Of a stretch of DNA of 64,000 bases, positions 14,409 to 26,885 are shown in pieces. Both the position numbers and the translations under genes were made by a program. The stretch covers positions 28,212,001-28,276,000 of the forward strand of contig NC_058369.1 of NCBI RefSeq assembly GCF_018350175.1, read 5' to 3'. Position 1 is the first letter of the stretch. Each line of letters opens with the position of its first letter. The notes beneath the pieces are model-generated. The model was not told the origin of the DNA. It did no database searches and was given only the letters and a program-made list of their open reading frames with translations. This DNA comes from Felis catus. Its lineage: Eukaryota.

Positions 14409-14637
14409 AGGGGAGCACCTGGGTGGCTCAGTCAACTGAGCTCGACTTCGGCTCAGGTCATGATCTCACAATTCTTGAGCGGGAGCCCTACATAGGATCA
14501 CTCCTGTCAACCTGTTAGTGCAGAGCCTGCTTCAGATCCTCTGTCTCCCTCTCTCTCTGCCTCTCCCCAACTTGGGCGCTCACTCGCTCTTTCTCTCTCT
14601 CCCTCAAAAATAAATAAACATTAAAAAATTAAAAAAA
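14409..14637 (+). mobile_element. Can-SINE, older copy
   Basis: Head gcacctgggtggctcagtc, CT tract, AATAAA/A tail. TSD aaaaacatgtcagg / aaaaacatgccagg. Confidence 0.93.
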
Positions 14638-14719
14638 CATGCCAGGAAGTCATTAAGCTGACCCATTCAGACAGGTTTTAATGACCAAAAAGTGGTAAAT
14701 GGTTAAGAACAATCAAGAG

Positions 14720-14892
14720 TTAATATTACAGAGAGATCTTAAAATTTCTCATCACAGAAAAAAAAGTACATGTGGTGAGAATGATCACTAAACTTACATG
14801 GTAACATTTTGTAATATATCCCTATATCAAATCATTATGTTCTATACCTAAAACTAATACAATGTTATATGTCAATTATATTTCAATTTAAA
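14720..14892 (+). mobile_element. LINE-1 3' end fragment
   Basis: tatcaaatcattatgttctatacctaaaactaatacaatgttatatgtcaattatatttcaat. Confidence 0.75.
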
Positions 14893-15869
14893 GGCCAATA
14901 ATTATATGTCCAGTTTAGGTTAAATATATTTCTATATGGACAGATTTCTATTTATTTTATTCCTAAAAACTGATAAAGGTCATTCAGGAGATGGTCTAAG
15001 AACTGAAAACAGAATGAAGAATTTATTATGGGTACCTTTTCCTACTTGTATCACTTCTCTACACGGTGTAATTTTGATTAAATGTATAAATCTTCCATTC
15101 AATTCCATCAAACCTCCCACATCTTCTTAGATTTTGCCCTCCACTTCATTCAGTATCCTCAGTTTTCGTTTTTTTGTTTTTTTCCGAAGACTATCAGAAT
15201 CCTAGAAAATGGGTTATTTCCCCTGCTTCTCTACATTTACCTCACTAGGGCCACAGGCCGATGACCTACTTGTATGGCTATAGTTTTTCTTGTTGTTGTT
15301 GTTCATCAATAGTCAAAGGATGATCTTCAGCTTAATGAAATAATCTGGCTGATTAGGAATTGCCATGTAGGCTTTAATTATTTTCAAAGAATTACAGTAT
15401 TATAGAATGCATTCCATATAGTTACATTAAGCATAATCTAGAACACAAAACAACACTGTAATATATTGAATGTAAGATCTCTGGTGACTCAGGAGACACG
15501 TGACAAAAGTACCACATTCCCCAAGATCTACCTTTTTCATATTACCTTCAGCCAGGAAATACGTAAAAGCGGCAATTAATAATAGACCAATGTAAGAGTT
15601 TAACAAAGAAACATACACCTATTATTATTGTAAGAATGCGAAAGCACATCTCTGCTTCCAGAACAACCACCTGCTTCATTGCTACCCACCCTCTAGTCTC
15701 TTCACTTATAATTCGAGAAAAGCATTCATCTGCCTCCTTCAAAGTGATGCCAGGAACATAGAGTGAATTTTTTAAAGCCTGTCTATGAAGTGCTATGAGC
15801 TTGGTGATAGCTGACGAAAGAAAGAGAAAAACCTTAAAAAAAAAAGAAAAGAAAATATTTAACTGATCT

Positions 15870-16700
15870 CAGGATAGAAAAACTTTGTAAGCCTAAAAGA
15901 ACTGGAGAAACTCACCAATGATAAAGCTGATAAGCTTAACTATGACAAAAGATTAAAATGTATGTTACTAACATCATAAGCAAACTAAAGAAGAGATCAA
16001 AATAAGAATAATATTTGCAATGAATACGACAGGCAGAGAGTTAATTCCTAGAAGACCTAAAACTTCAATAGAAAAAGGAGCAAAGGATATTAACAAATAA
16101 TTAACTGATGAAAATAATTCATAGATACATTTAAACGTTCACCCTGCTATCGATTAGGTGGAAATAATGACATAGATAAATCTTTAACTTGGCAAAGGTT
16201 AGGACACATTCAAAAATCTTAAATGCTTAAAGTTGATGAGGGTATACAGTCAGATGTATGTTGCTTGTGTATTGCTGATGTAAAACACATTTGGAAATAT
16301 TTGTCAATTTAAACAATGCATAACATTTTATCAAATGATTCTAGTTTAAGAAGTTTATCAGGAATGGAACCAAAGATCCTTTATTAAAACATTCATGATC
16401 CAGTTTGAATAGTGAATACTAAATTATAATAGATCCATATAGTGTAATATTCCATCATTAGAACTCTCGGGGTAACATATATATATTTAAAAATCAGAAA
16501 ATGTCAACAATAGATAAAAAAAATCAGGTTATAAAGTTTTTTTCTTTTCTAGAGAAATGGATAAAAACAGAAAAAGAAATAAACTGAAATTTTAGCAGGA
16601 ATTATGTCTAGCTAATGAGATTATAGATGGTATACATTTTATATAATGGGAAAATATTCTTATAGTTAGAAAAAAATAAATGCAAGAATAAAAAACTTGT
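15870..16700 (+). mobile_element. Ancient LINE-1 fragment (L1ME-like)
   Basis: A-rich degenerate ORF2-end / 3'UTR-like sequence. Confidence 0.45.
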
Positions 16701-17836
16701 TACACTTGATCTAAACTAGATTGCTCTTATATAGACATAATTTAGACAAAATGTTTCTTCAGTCAAGCAATTCATTAGCTGGTTACTAAAAGATTACATT
16801 AAGAATACCAGATGCTTCTTTGACCATAAGCAACTCCTCCCCTTTCTAACATTTCAGTAGTACTAGAACTACATCAGTGCTGAGTATCTACTGTGTACTG
16901 ATTATATCAGGAGATGAAGATGTGGGAGGCAAAAGAGATGATGAAAGGAGAGGGAAAAAAAGGGACAGCTTCACTTGAAATTGAATAAAAGAGAAGCATG
17001 TGGTCCAGAAAGCCAGTCAGCCCAGACCCAAAGCTTTTCAGCACGTGTAGGTCGAGCACTGCAAAATGAAGGCCTATTGCTTATCAGCAAATTGTTAGCA
17101 ATCTCATTACCCTGAGGGTTGCACAGAGATGCTACACTTAAAAAAAAAAAAATCCATTAAAATTAGTTCAAAGATCAAGACACAAAGGTGGTGTGAGAGG
17201 GTCATTTTTCAGTGCTATGTGTGGAGAAAAGAGACTTGTACAGTAACTCCCGTTACAGTTAATGAGGGTTGAGCATCTAGAATGATTTAAACCCCCTGAG
17301 AATTTAATTTAAAACCACCATGGCAAAGCCACTCTCAGCCATGAATGAACCCCAGCTTCCCAGGCATTAAACACAGTAGAAAATAATATGTATTTTTCAT
17401 CACACCACACAGAAAAAAGTAAAAAGGCTCACAGAACATCAAATTCCCATCAATTTAAAGGTTTATTTTTAATCCTGGGTACTATTTTAATGCCATTTTT
17501 AATTAAGTAGTTTAAAATTAGGTCTGGGTTATTTCAGTTGCTATGTGATATTCTTATACCCAGGAATCCAGAAAGTTTCTTTCAGTTTAAACTTCAGTTG
17601 ACAAATTTAGGGCCACAATTAAATGATGTCCTTTACCCAAACCCAAGCCCTGGACCATCCTTCAAGTATCATGAAAATGGAAAGTAGAAAAACTATAATT
17701 ATTATTATGCCATGCTCCCATAAGCCAAATCCATTCATTCATTCTTGTCTTCCACATCATCTGAATTTAGTATTCAACATAGTCCAGGAGGTGGGTAAGA
17801 GTTACATCTTTACTTTCACATGAAGAAACAAAACAA

Positions 17837-18028
17837 GGGGTGCCTGGGTGGCTGTCGGTTAAGTGTCCGACTTCAGTTCCGGTCATGATCTCACAGCTCT
17901 TGAGTTTTAGCTCAGAGCCTAGAGCCTGCTTCGGATTCTGTGTCTCCCTCTCTCTCTGTTCCTCCCTGCTTATGCTCTGTCTTGTCTCTCAAAAATAAAT
18001 ATATGTTAAAAAAGAATTTAAAAAAAAA
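17837..18028 (+). mobile_element. Can-SINE with internal ~26-nt deletion
   Basis: Head ggggtgcctgggtggct, CT tract, A tail. Lacks cccgtgtcgggctctgtgctgacagc. Confidence 0.92.
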
Positions 18029-18542
18029 GATGAAATGACTTGACTAGGTTTCCCCAAATTGAACTAAAATCCAGTTCTCCAAATCCTCATCCAAAGCTGG
18101 CTGGTAGTTTTCACAAATATAAACAGCTCTGCACCCAAAGAGGGTAAAGGAAGCAACAGACACAGGGGTAGAACTCGTTCTCCCTGCATGTTCAACTCCA
18201 GAGACAGGACAAGAGCCTCGCTAATCATCACTAGTTACTGTTTCCACACCTTGAGTTCTGTGGCAGGTCAGGAAAGGTCTCTGTGTGGAGGTGAGGACAC
18301 AGGAACTGGAACCTAAAAGAGAACTGAGGAGGCACATGAAGGTCACAGGGAGGTACACTCCTGGTGGAGACAACAGCAGGTACAAAGACCTAGCAGGAGC
18401 AGCAAGTTCAATGAGGCAGGGGCCAGAAATCCAGGAGGCCAAGGTGAAGCCTGGAGGCTTTGTTCTAATTGAATGAAACAACCAGTGAAAGTTCTTAAAA
18501 GAAGAACCTGGTCTAATGCCTATATTAAAAAGACCATGCCTT

Positions 18543-18765
18543 GGGGCACCTGGGTGGCTCAGTCGGTTGGACGTCCGACTTTGGCTCAGGTCATGATCTC
18601 GCGGTCCGAGAGTTCGAGCCCCGTGTCGGGCTCTGTGCTGACAGCTCAGGGCCTGGAGCCTGCTTCGGATTCTGTGTCTCCCTTTCTCTGACCCTCCCCC
18701 GTTCATGCTCTGTCTCTCTCTGTCTCAAAAATAAATAAATGTTAAAAAAAAAATTAAAAAATAAA
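18543..18765 (+). mobile_element. Can-SINE (felid type) inserted in an L2 fragment
   Basis: Full-length body. Flanking direct repeat aaagaccatg at 18529 and 18763. Confidence 0.96.
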
Positions 18766-20029
18766 GACCATGACTGCCACTATATGATGTTAAAGAGCAA
18801 GGGAGGGAGTGGTTGGAAGGCTTTGTGAACAAGGTACCTAGAGAGGATTGCCGTCCAGGCAAGATTCAGCGAGGGGGTGGGGGGAGATAGTGAGTGGTAG
18901 ACTCAGGATCTATTTCCAAGGGAGAACCTCCACGTGCACTGTAAGGATATTGCGAGAACACTGTCAATCACATATTCTAGCATCAGCTCCTTGTGGAAGG
19001 ATCTGAAGAAAACAGGACTCTCCTCTCTGGTGTTGCTCATGTTTTCGCATTTCCTGAGCAATCAGCCTATTTTTACCTCAAGGACAGATGCTCTTTCCTT
19101 CCTTTGGGATGGTGCCAGAAAACTCAGGGCCAACTTTGTGACCCATCTCTCGCAAGTATATGGAGAACTGTTACCCATTTCATCCACTAATTTCACTTTT
19201 GGCTTCATCTTACTTTCCTTATTTTCTTCCTGACTTTGGTTTGGTCTTATTTTTAAAACACTTAATCTTGCTATACTTGATTAGTCAACTGAAGTCATTT
19301 TTCAGACATTCCAAGAAATACACAAATAGACAATATAGCTTGACAATGTGTTGGTTGCTACACAAATAATCATAAACATAAAGGTTTTCTCAGAGGGATT
19401 CATCAGAGACTTATAAATAAGTACATGTGTAAGGAACCTGTGTGTGTGTGAAGCCAAGAAGACAGGCTCATAAAAACTTGACTTAAGGAATCAGGAAATT
19501 GCACACAGACCTGCTCTACACCCAGAGAAAGCAACATGGTAACAAAATGTTGGAAATCAAAGCTTACCAGATGATGAGATATCAAATCCTATGTTAATTC
19601 CTGACATTTAGGAGGATATAAAATACCACTTCAGACAGAGGGCTCAGCCAAGAAAGAATGCATTTTATCAGCCTGGCTAGAATCCACATGGAAATCTAGA
19701 AAAACTGTGCTGGGGGCAGGGGTGGGCAGGGGAGGTGGGTGGGGTATTTTTTCACGATCAAACCACCTGTTACTTTTCTCTCTTCCAGAGCCGGCCACTT
19801 TGGAATGATAAATGTTAACGATGCATCCAAGTGTGAGTGTGTACACATGTGCAGGTGAGTATAAAATCTAGGTCAACACTCTCTTAATCACTACACAGCA
19901 TTGCCTGGTGTGAGAATTTATCAAATTGGTCCACTTGTTAAATGAGAACTCTGGTCCCTCCCACCCACCCCCCTCTTTTTTTTTTTCTTATTAGCTTTAA
20001 AGCTAAAAATTCCAAATAATCAATAACCA

Positions 20030-21100
20030 GAGTTACTCATTTAACAAATATTTACTGAATGCCTGCCATGCCCCAGGGACACTCCTAGGCTGTGAGGACA
20101 CAGTCTTGAACAAACTAGACAGCAATGCCTGCCTGCCCTTGTGGATGTCCCATTTCCAGTGAGCCTGTGACACCAGTAAGTTATAAAGTTACAATATTAA
20201 TGCTACAGAAAAAAAAAAAAGAAAAAAAGAAAGCCAGAGAGGTGTTGCAATTTTAAATAACAGCAAAGGGAAGGCAGTCCTGAGAAGGTGACGTTTGCAT
20301 ACAACTTGAATAAAGGTCTGAAGGAGATAAAACAGCATGGCGTACATTCATCAGGGGGAAGAGCGTTCCAAGAACAGTTGGTTCAAGCGCTGTGAGGCAG
20401 GACTGTGCTTAGAATATTCAATGAACAACAAGGAAGTGGGTATGGAAGGAGCGGAGTGAGTGTGGAAAGCAGATCAGTCTCCTGTGGCTGCTGTAACAAA
20501 TTACCACAAACTGGTAGCTGAAAACAAAAGAAACGGACTCTCTCGCTATTTTGGAAGTCAGAAGTCTGAAATCAAGGTGTTGGCAGTTCCGGGGGAGAAC
20601 CTGTTCTTCGCCTCACCCAGCTTCCGGTGGCCACCAACATCCCTTGATTTCTACCACACCACTCTTCCCTCTGCCTCCCTGGTCACGTTAATGCTTCCTC
20701 TGCTCTGTGCAGTCCCCACCCTTGTGTCACTAAGGACGTGTGCCACTGGATTTAGGACAGGTGCCACCCTAAAGATGATCTTATTTCAAAATTCTTAACT
20801 GCATTTCCTCTGCAAAGACCCTTTTCCAAGTAAGGTAATATTCACTGGTTTAGGAGATTAAGACAGACATACCATTTGGAGGTCACCATTCAAATCACTA
20901 AAGGATGATGACAGTAGATGAAATCAAAGGATAATGGTTGGTGGTGGGGGACAGATGGAAGACTTATGTAGGAATCTTGTAGATCATTGTATAACTGACT
21001 TTAGTTGGAAGCAAACAGGAAGCCATAAGCAGAGACGTGACATGGATTCAAGATGTTTAATAGGCTCATTCTGGCTGTTACCATGTAGAACAGTCCAGTA
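20030..21100 (-). mobile_element. LINE-2 fragment interrupted by a MaLR LTR
   Basis: Begins ctcatttaacaaatatttactgaatgcctgccatgccccagggacact (L2 3' end, reverse complement). L2-like sequence resumes after 20900. Confidence 0.65.
20472..20900 (-). mobile_element. ERVL-MaLR solo LTR (MLT1B/C-like)
   Basis: gctgctgtaacaaattaccacaaact...cagaagtctgaaatcaaggtgttggcag...tctgcaaagaccctttt ccaagtaagg...ccattcaa. Confidence 0.8.
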
Positions 21101-23894
21101 GCATTCAACCCTTAGACTGATACTTCAAATCAAGAGTGTACCATGTTAAGACTAGAATTGAAAAACAGAAGGAATAAAACTTGGCAAATAGCAAGCCTTC
21201 ACTGGCTAATTAAGGACACTCTGAAAATCCCCTACCGATCCCATCAGACATACCTGTTAAGTAATTGAATGCTCTTTTACCTAATCAACCTGTTTTGAAA
21301 CAAAAGTAATATTTTCCCATAAATATTTCTTAACCATCTACTATACTCAAGATTCTGTTCCTAGGAAGTAAGGCAATCAACAGATCACATACTACTATCT
21401 AACATGGTATTAACTGATAAATCACCTTTTTTAAAGACTTATGTTACCACTTTACTTGTGTAAACAGTGACTGAAGAATCTCAACTCTGGTTGGCGTGGG
21501 GTGGGCAAAGACATGTTGTGCTCATATTCCTTGTTATTGCTCTTCTAATCATGCTACATAGAATCCCTTCCCAGACCCTTAGCAAGGTTTTGGCAGAATC
21601 TGTAACTCTGCACTCACTTTTCAGAATTAAAAGTATCTGTCCAGTCTCAGATTAAGGACAGGCTTGAGCGGCAACCTTGACTACTTTGAGCTGTCTTCCA
21701 ACTTTTTCCCCATTCTGGGACTGAGCTACTCTGATTTTAGAGGCAGTGTGGTCTTAGGTAACTGGTTGTCAGCAGGTAAAAGGCTGGTATCCCGAGTCTA
21801 GCTCCAGTTCCATCTGGTGGGAGCTTTTGCAAATATATGGGTCTCAACATAGTTCAAAGCTGATTTTTTTTTCTGGAAAGGTATTCAAGCTCTACTGTCA
21901 CTTTATCTGCTTCTGAGGGTCCATTCAAAAAAGGACAGCATGTCTTTAAAACACTGTCAGTGGTATATGACCCAGTCACATTTCTCGACAGGTCAGTGCC
22001 TCAGTTATGCCAATATCTACCTGAGCACCCTTGTGGCACATGCCCACTACTTTGGCATTCATGGTTCTGTGCAGGACCAAGGGACCTGCTGAATTGCTTA
22101 TATGTTTCTTCCAAGGGCTCCAGACAACAGGGGTGTGGTAGAAAAGCTGTTTCCATCTTCTTCTCAGGAATATTACTCCTCAATCCCTTTTTTCCCTTCT
22201 ACTATAGGCCATTCCAAAAAGGCTCATCCCATCCTTGCCCCATTCAGAAGCAAATGAGAGGCAGGCACTGGTCTGTGCTCATGTGTAATCCCAAACTCTA
22301 CAGAGTAGATGGGAAGTTCTCCTAAGGAGCCTATCCTGTACCTGTACCACACTCCTATCCCATAGCAGTTGTCTCTATAGCCTGCAGGTTCCATAGCTCA
22401 GCATCCAGCCAGGGAACAAAATGGCAGCACCCTTTTGTTGAAATCATCCAGCTCGGATCTTTGAGCTACATTCTGCTCATGACTTTCATGGGCAGTAAGA
22501 GTCATCTAGAGGGAGAAGAGTCCTCTGGAATTCTTCATTCCATCTGGCTGTATCTTTCCTCTCACTGATTCTCCTCTTACATAGTCTGGCAGCATGGAAG
22601 TGTGGCTCAACATGGTAGGTCTGGTTCTGCTGCTACCCCTTAGTAAAGTGAGTGTGGCTCTCTCTCATATATGAGTAGCTCTCCAGGAAGATTGTCAGCC
22701 TTCCTGTTTGGGCTCTAGTTGCTCATATTCTAGGACAATGTGAAAAGTCTCAGTGAATGTCTGTTCTGTTCCTGAATTTCAATGACTTTACTGAAGATAC
22801 AGCTTCACGAGAAAAAAGCTTCTAGGGGTCATTTGGTTTCCAAACAGAATAGAAAATACTAACTAGTATTCTACCCGTCTGCATGAGAAACACTCTAAAG
22901 ATTTTAATGTAATTTCTGTTGATTTATTTTATCCTGACATATCTTATTTAACAAATTTTAAAGCAATCATCCTTGGTGAATGGAAAGGGATCGTGGTTTA
23001 CTGTTAAAGTATTAGCACTCAACAGATAAGTCTTAGTTCCTACAAATCTGTTGAACTGGAAATAAATCTTAAAGATGAAAAGATCTCTTGATAAGTACAG
23101 CCATTTCAAAAGCTATTAGAAAACAGAATAATTAGAGAGCCAGATGAGTTTTGCTCCTCCTGGACTCATTTTACCTAGGAGCAAAATACAGCTAGACAAG
23201 CTAGACCACCTGTCCTCCCACACCAGCACTGCAGAATTCACCAAGGTTAGTCCTATTCTTAAATGATAATGATGATTACACCTAAACAACAAAGCCACCA
23301 AAATGTCAGTGAGAAATACAAGTGGCAGAGAATACATTTACAACAATATAGCCATAGAAAGGAGGAGTAATAGGGAAGGTTTTAGGCTCTGGGGAAAATA
23401 ACTCCTTACAGCACCTAACCAATGATACAAAAAGGTTTGCTGCTCTGGGATGGCAGCTAGAGGGGGTGGAGAGAAGGACACAGTGAGGCTCAAGAGTCCC
23501 AGGTGAAGTCCTCACTTCCATCTAGTAGAACCACCATTGGCCTGAGACTCAACCTTCCCATTTCAACTGCTCATTGGTCAACAAGGACAAAACAAAGTAG
23601 CAACTCCAAAAATGCATTACTCATCATAATTTATTATTTAAGTTTAATTAATTTCCAAAATATTTTTAACAAAAGATATTATGAAGTTGTATATGTGTAT
23701 ATACGCTTTTCACCCCTACTACAAATGCACACAGGAGAAATAGGACACTATCTCAGTCTCCTCCTGCTATAGGTTAAGCTTTACCCTAAATTGTTCTTAG
23801 AGAACTGCCAGGTCATGTAAGGAAGGTGGTCATTTGAAATAAAGAACTCTGTTTTCTCGTTTTGTTTTTAGAATATTTTTAATGTTTACTTATT

Positions 23895-24104
23895 TTTAAT
23901 GTTTTATTCATTTTTTTGAGACAGAGACAGAGACAGAGCATGAGCAGGGGAGGGGCAGAGAGAGTGGGAGACACAGAATCCAAAGCAGGCTCCAGGCTCT
24001 GAGCTGTCAGCACAGAGCTCGACATGGGACTCCAACTCACAATTCGTCAGATCGTGACATGAGCCCAAGTCAGATGCTTAACTGACTGAGCCACCCAGGT
24101 CCCC
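23895..24104 (-). mobile_element. Can-SINE, inner copy of a nested pair
   Basis: Reverse-complement SINE ending actgactgagccacccaggtcccc. Confidence 0.93.
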
Positions 24105-24107
24105 CTT

Positions 24108-24303
24108 ATGTATTTATTTTTGAGGGATAGAGAGCACATAGGCAAATGAGGTAGGAGCAGAGAGAGAGGGAAAGAGAGAATAGGAAGCAGGCGTGGCTCT
24201 GTCAATGCAGAGCCCAATGGGGCTCAGCCTCACAAACTGTGAGATCATAACCTGAGCCAAAATCGAGTTGGATGCTCAACGGACTGAGCTACCCAGATGC
24301 CCC
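24108..24303 (-). mobile_element. Can-SINE, older outer copy
   Basis: More diverged reverse-complement SINE ending actgagctacccagatgcccc. Confidence 0.9.
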
Positions 24304-26861
24304 TGAATTCTGTTGTTTTTAATTTATTGGTAAACCTGTGATTCTGCTGGACTCAATGGTATTGAAGAACAAATATCAGGTTTGAGTCAAAGGGTCTAAC
24401 AGCAGCTTCCTCCTATCAGTCTTCATCTCTCTCCAACCAGGGCTGTCACTGAGACATGGCCACTGGCATGTCCATTCCTGTTACTAAACTCTCAAAACCC
24501 TTCTGTATGTACTATCCCCTGCATGTTGCTCCTTCCTCTTTGCCTCCTCCCCTGGGGCTCCCCAGACCTCTCCACAATACAGAAATTGATAGGTTGATGT
24601 TTGACACAGCAGAGAGTTTCCAAGAACTACCCTGACATTGGTCAGTGCCATGTGTCATACTAATTGTTTGCATATGAAAATAATGCCTCTGCCTAAGACA
24701 TATCCACCCACATCCTGAGCCCCAACCGTGGCTACATCTAAGCCAAACCAAGACTCCTGAGGCACATTTAAAGTCTATAGGAGAAATCCCAGGAAATAAT
24801 TTAGAACACAAAACTAGTTCCAAGATCTACTATTGTAGAGAGTTCCTAGGATAAGGCCCATTTAGAATTTGTGCCCAAGAGCTATTTGCAAATTTATAGT
24901 TATTTTTTCAGTCAATTAGTCTGAGAGAAGAAATGGAAGCTAAGTAAATAAATTAGATCATTAATTCACAATAAATATAAATTATGCTAATTCTAAAAAT
25001 TGAACATATATACAAACTACATATATAATAAATGAGGAATATACATAAGACTCTATTAGCAAAAGAAAGCCATCTTGACTTATTGTGTTGTGGAAAATCC
25101 ATGTTTATTCCTTCAATAGATTTTAACAGTTTTGATATGTGTATGAAAATATAGGATAAACATTAACTGCCTACTGATGTTCCAACAAATCTATTTTCAT
25201 TCCAAATGGAAATTAGAATATATTTTGCATTATTTAAGTTAATTACGTGACATTTCTTATGAATAATGATGTATTATTTCATTCATTACTTCTAATTATG
25301 TTCTGTTACAAGTGTGAGGCTGGCAACACCGTGGCCAGCCTTTCCCTGTTCCTCACAATCTGATGGCTTGCATGGGAAGCAGGTCAAAAACATGCCTGGA
25401 ATATAATGAACAGAGTTCAGTAATTGTTAACCGTGATGATTTAAAATTACCTGGGGAAAGTTTCACGTAGAAACAAATAGAAATGGGAAATGGCTTGTCC
25501 TGTTACAGGATATTCATTTTTGCAACTAATATGAGAAAGATTCAAAGTCTTATTTTAATACCTATAATTACCATCCTACCATTTGCTACAGCTGGAGACA
25601 GAGCACCCCTCATACTGTCCTCCCCCGCCCCTCCCTGTGCTCACATACCAACAGAGTTCTATTTTATATCGACAGGCAGATTGTAAAGATATCTTTTTCT
25701 GGTGGTGAAAGTGATTCTATAGGCTTTGTGCAATTCTGAGAGAATGCAGCAACCTCCTAAAAGCTCTACTCAAAAAGCCAGTTGCATTTCCCTCCATTAA
25801 TGCATAACCATGGTCAGACCTGCCCATTTCACCCCATTCACAGCAGGGCCTGAAGCTAGAAGGTAAATCCTATTATAAAGAAGAGGTCAAGGTGAAGGAA
25901 AATCACTCAGAAGAGGAGCCAAGTGAACCACAAGGCCACCATATGCATATCCTCATCAGCCAGCACTCAGCAAGGAGCCAGGGAGAGACCATTGACAGTA
26001 GGAAGAGGCCAGGATGAGGTCTAGAGACCAATCTGCACATGCTTTACATCCACCGCCTCATGGGTGAGTCACCTTGGTTTGAATGGGCCAGGACAAAGGA
26101 TATAAAATCCACACATTGTTTTCCATCCGATTTCAAACGTTCCCTGCACACATACAAAGCATCTATTAATTCCTTCAGTATCAGGTGCCAACAATCCATC
26201 ATTGTGTCTACAGTAAAAACAAAGACACCAGTCTCAGCTCCAGGAACGAAAAATAAACCTGGGGGAGGCAGAACTTGGCAAGGAGCGTTCTTCTTTCTCC
26301 TCTGGTACCCAAGACAATTACTACCCACTGACCCTGCATGTAGCCTCAGAATCATCCTTAACGCTGTGAGCTAATTACCAACCAAAGAAGTGGCATCTGA
26401 GATAAAATGCATTTGCTCTTTGTGCAGTAATTCTTCAGATGACCAGTCAAGATGGATGAGGGTCACACAAGGTTTGTCTTGCAATGAGGGTTGCCAAGAT
26501 CATCTGTGGTGGGTTCTAGATGCTTGAAAAAAGAGATTAGTCAACTTAGTGAATGATAAAAGCATCCAAGAGCTTCCTTTGTCCCTGCTGACCGATGCCA
26601 TCAAAGACTCTTTCTAGCTACCAACCCAAAGGTAGGCAAACATTTCTACGGGAACCTTTCCCACAGAAACAGAATTGTTCTAACTGAACAACCACTGCCA
26701 CATGCAGAATTCTTGAACACAATAACCTGCCAAATAAAGAAAAATATGACTGTAAGAAAACCAACTTGTCCCACTGCAGCTCAGGACAAAAGACAGCAAG
26801 ATTGCCCTTGAATGTCTCTCCAAGAGTACTTTAAGCTAGCTAATACACGACAGGCATGCAC

Positions 26862-26885
26862 GGGGGGGGGGGGGGGGGGGGGGGG
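26862..26885 (+). repeat. Poly-G tract (G24)
   Basis: Read directly. Confidence 0.95.

Noticed and set aside
18221..18738. Longest ORFs (161 aa and overlapping), and similar ORFs at 39201, 41013, 43349, 44859, 57322, 60572
   Set aside because: They are translations of Can-SINE sequence.
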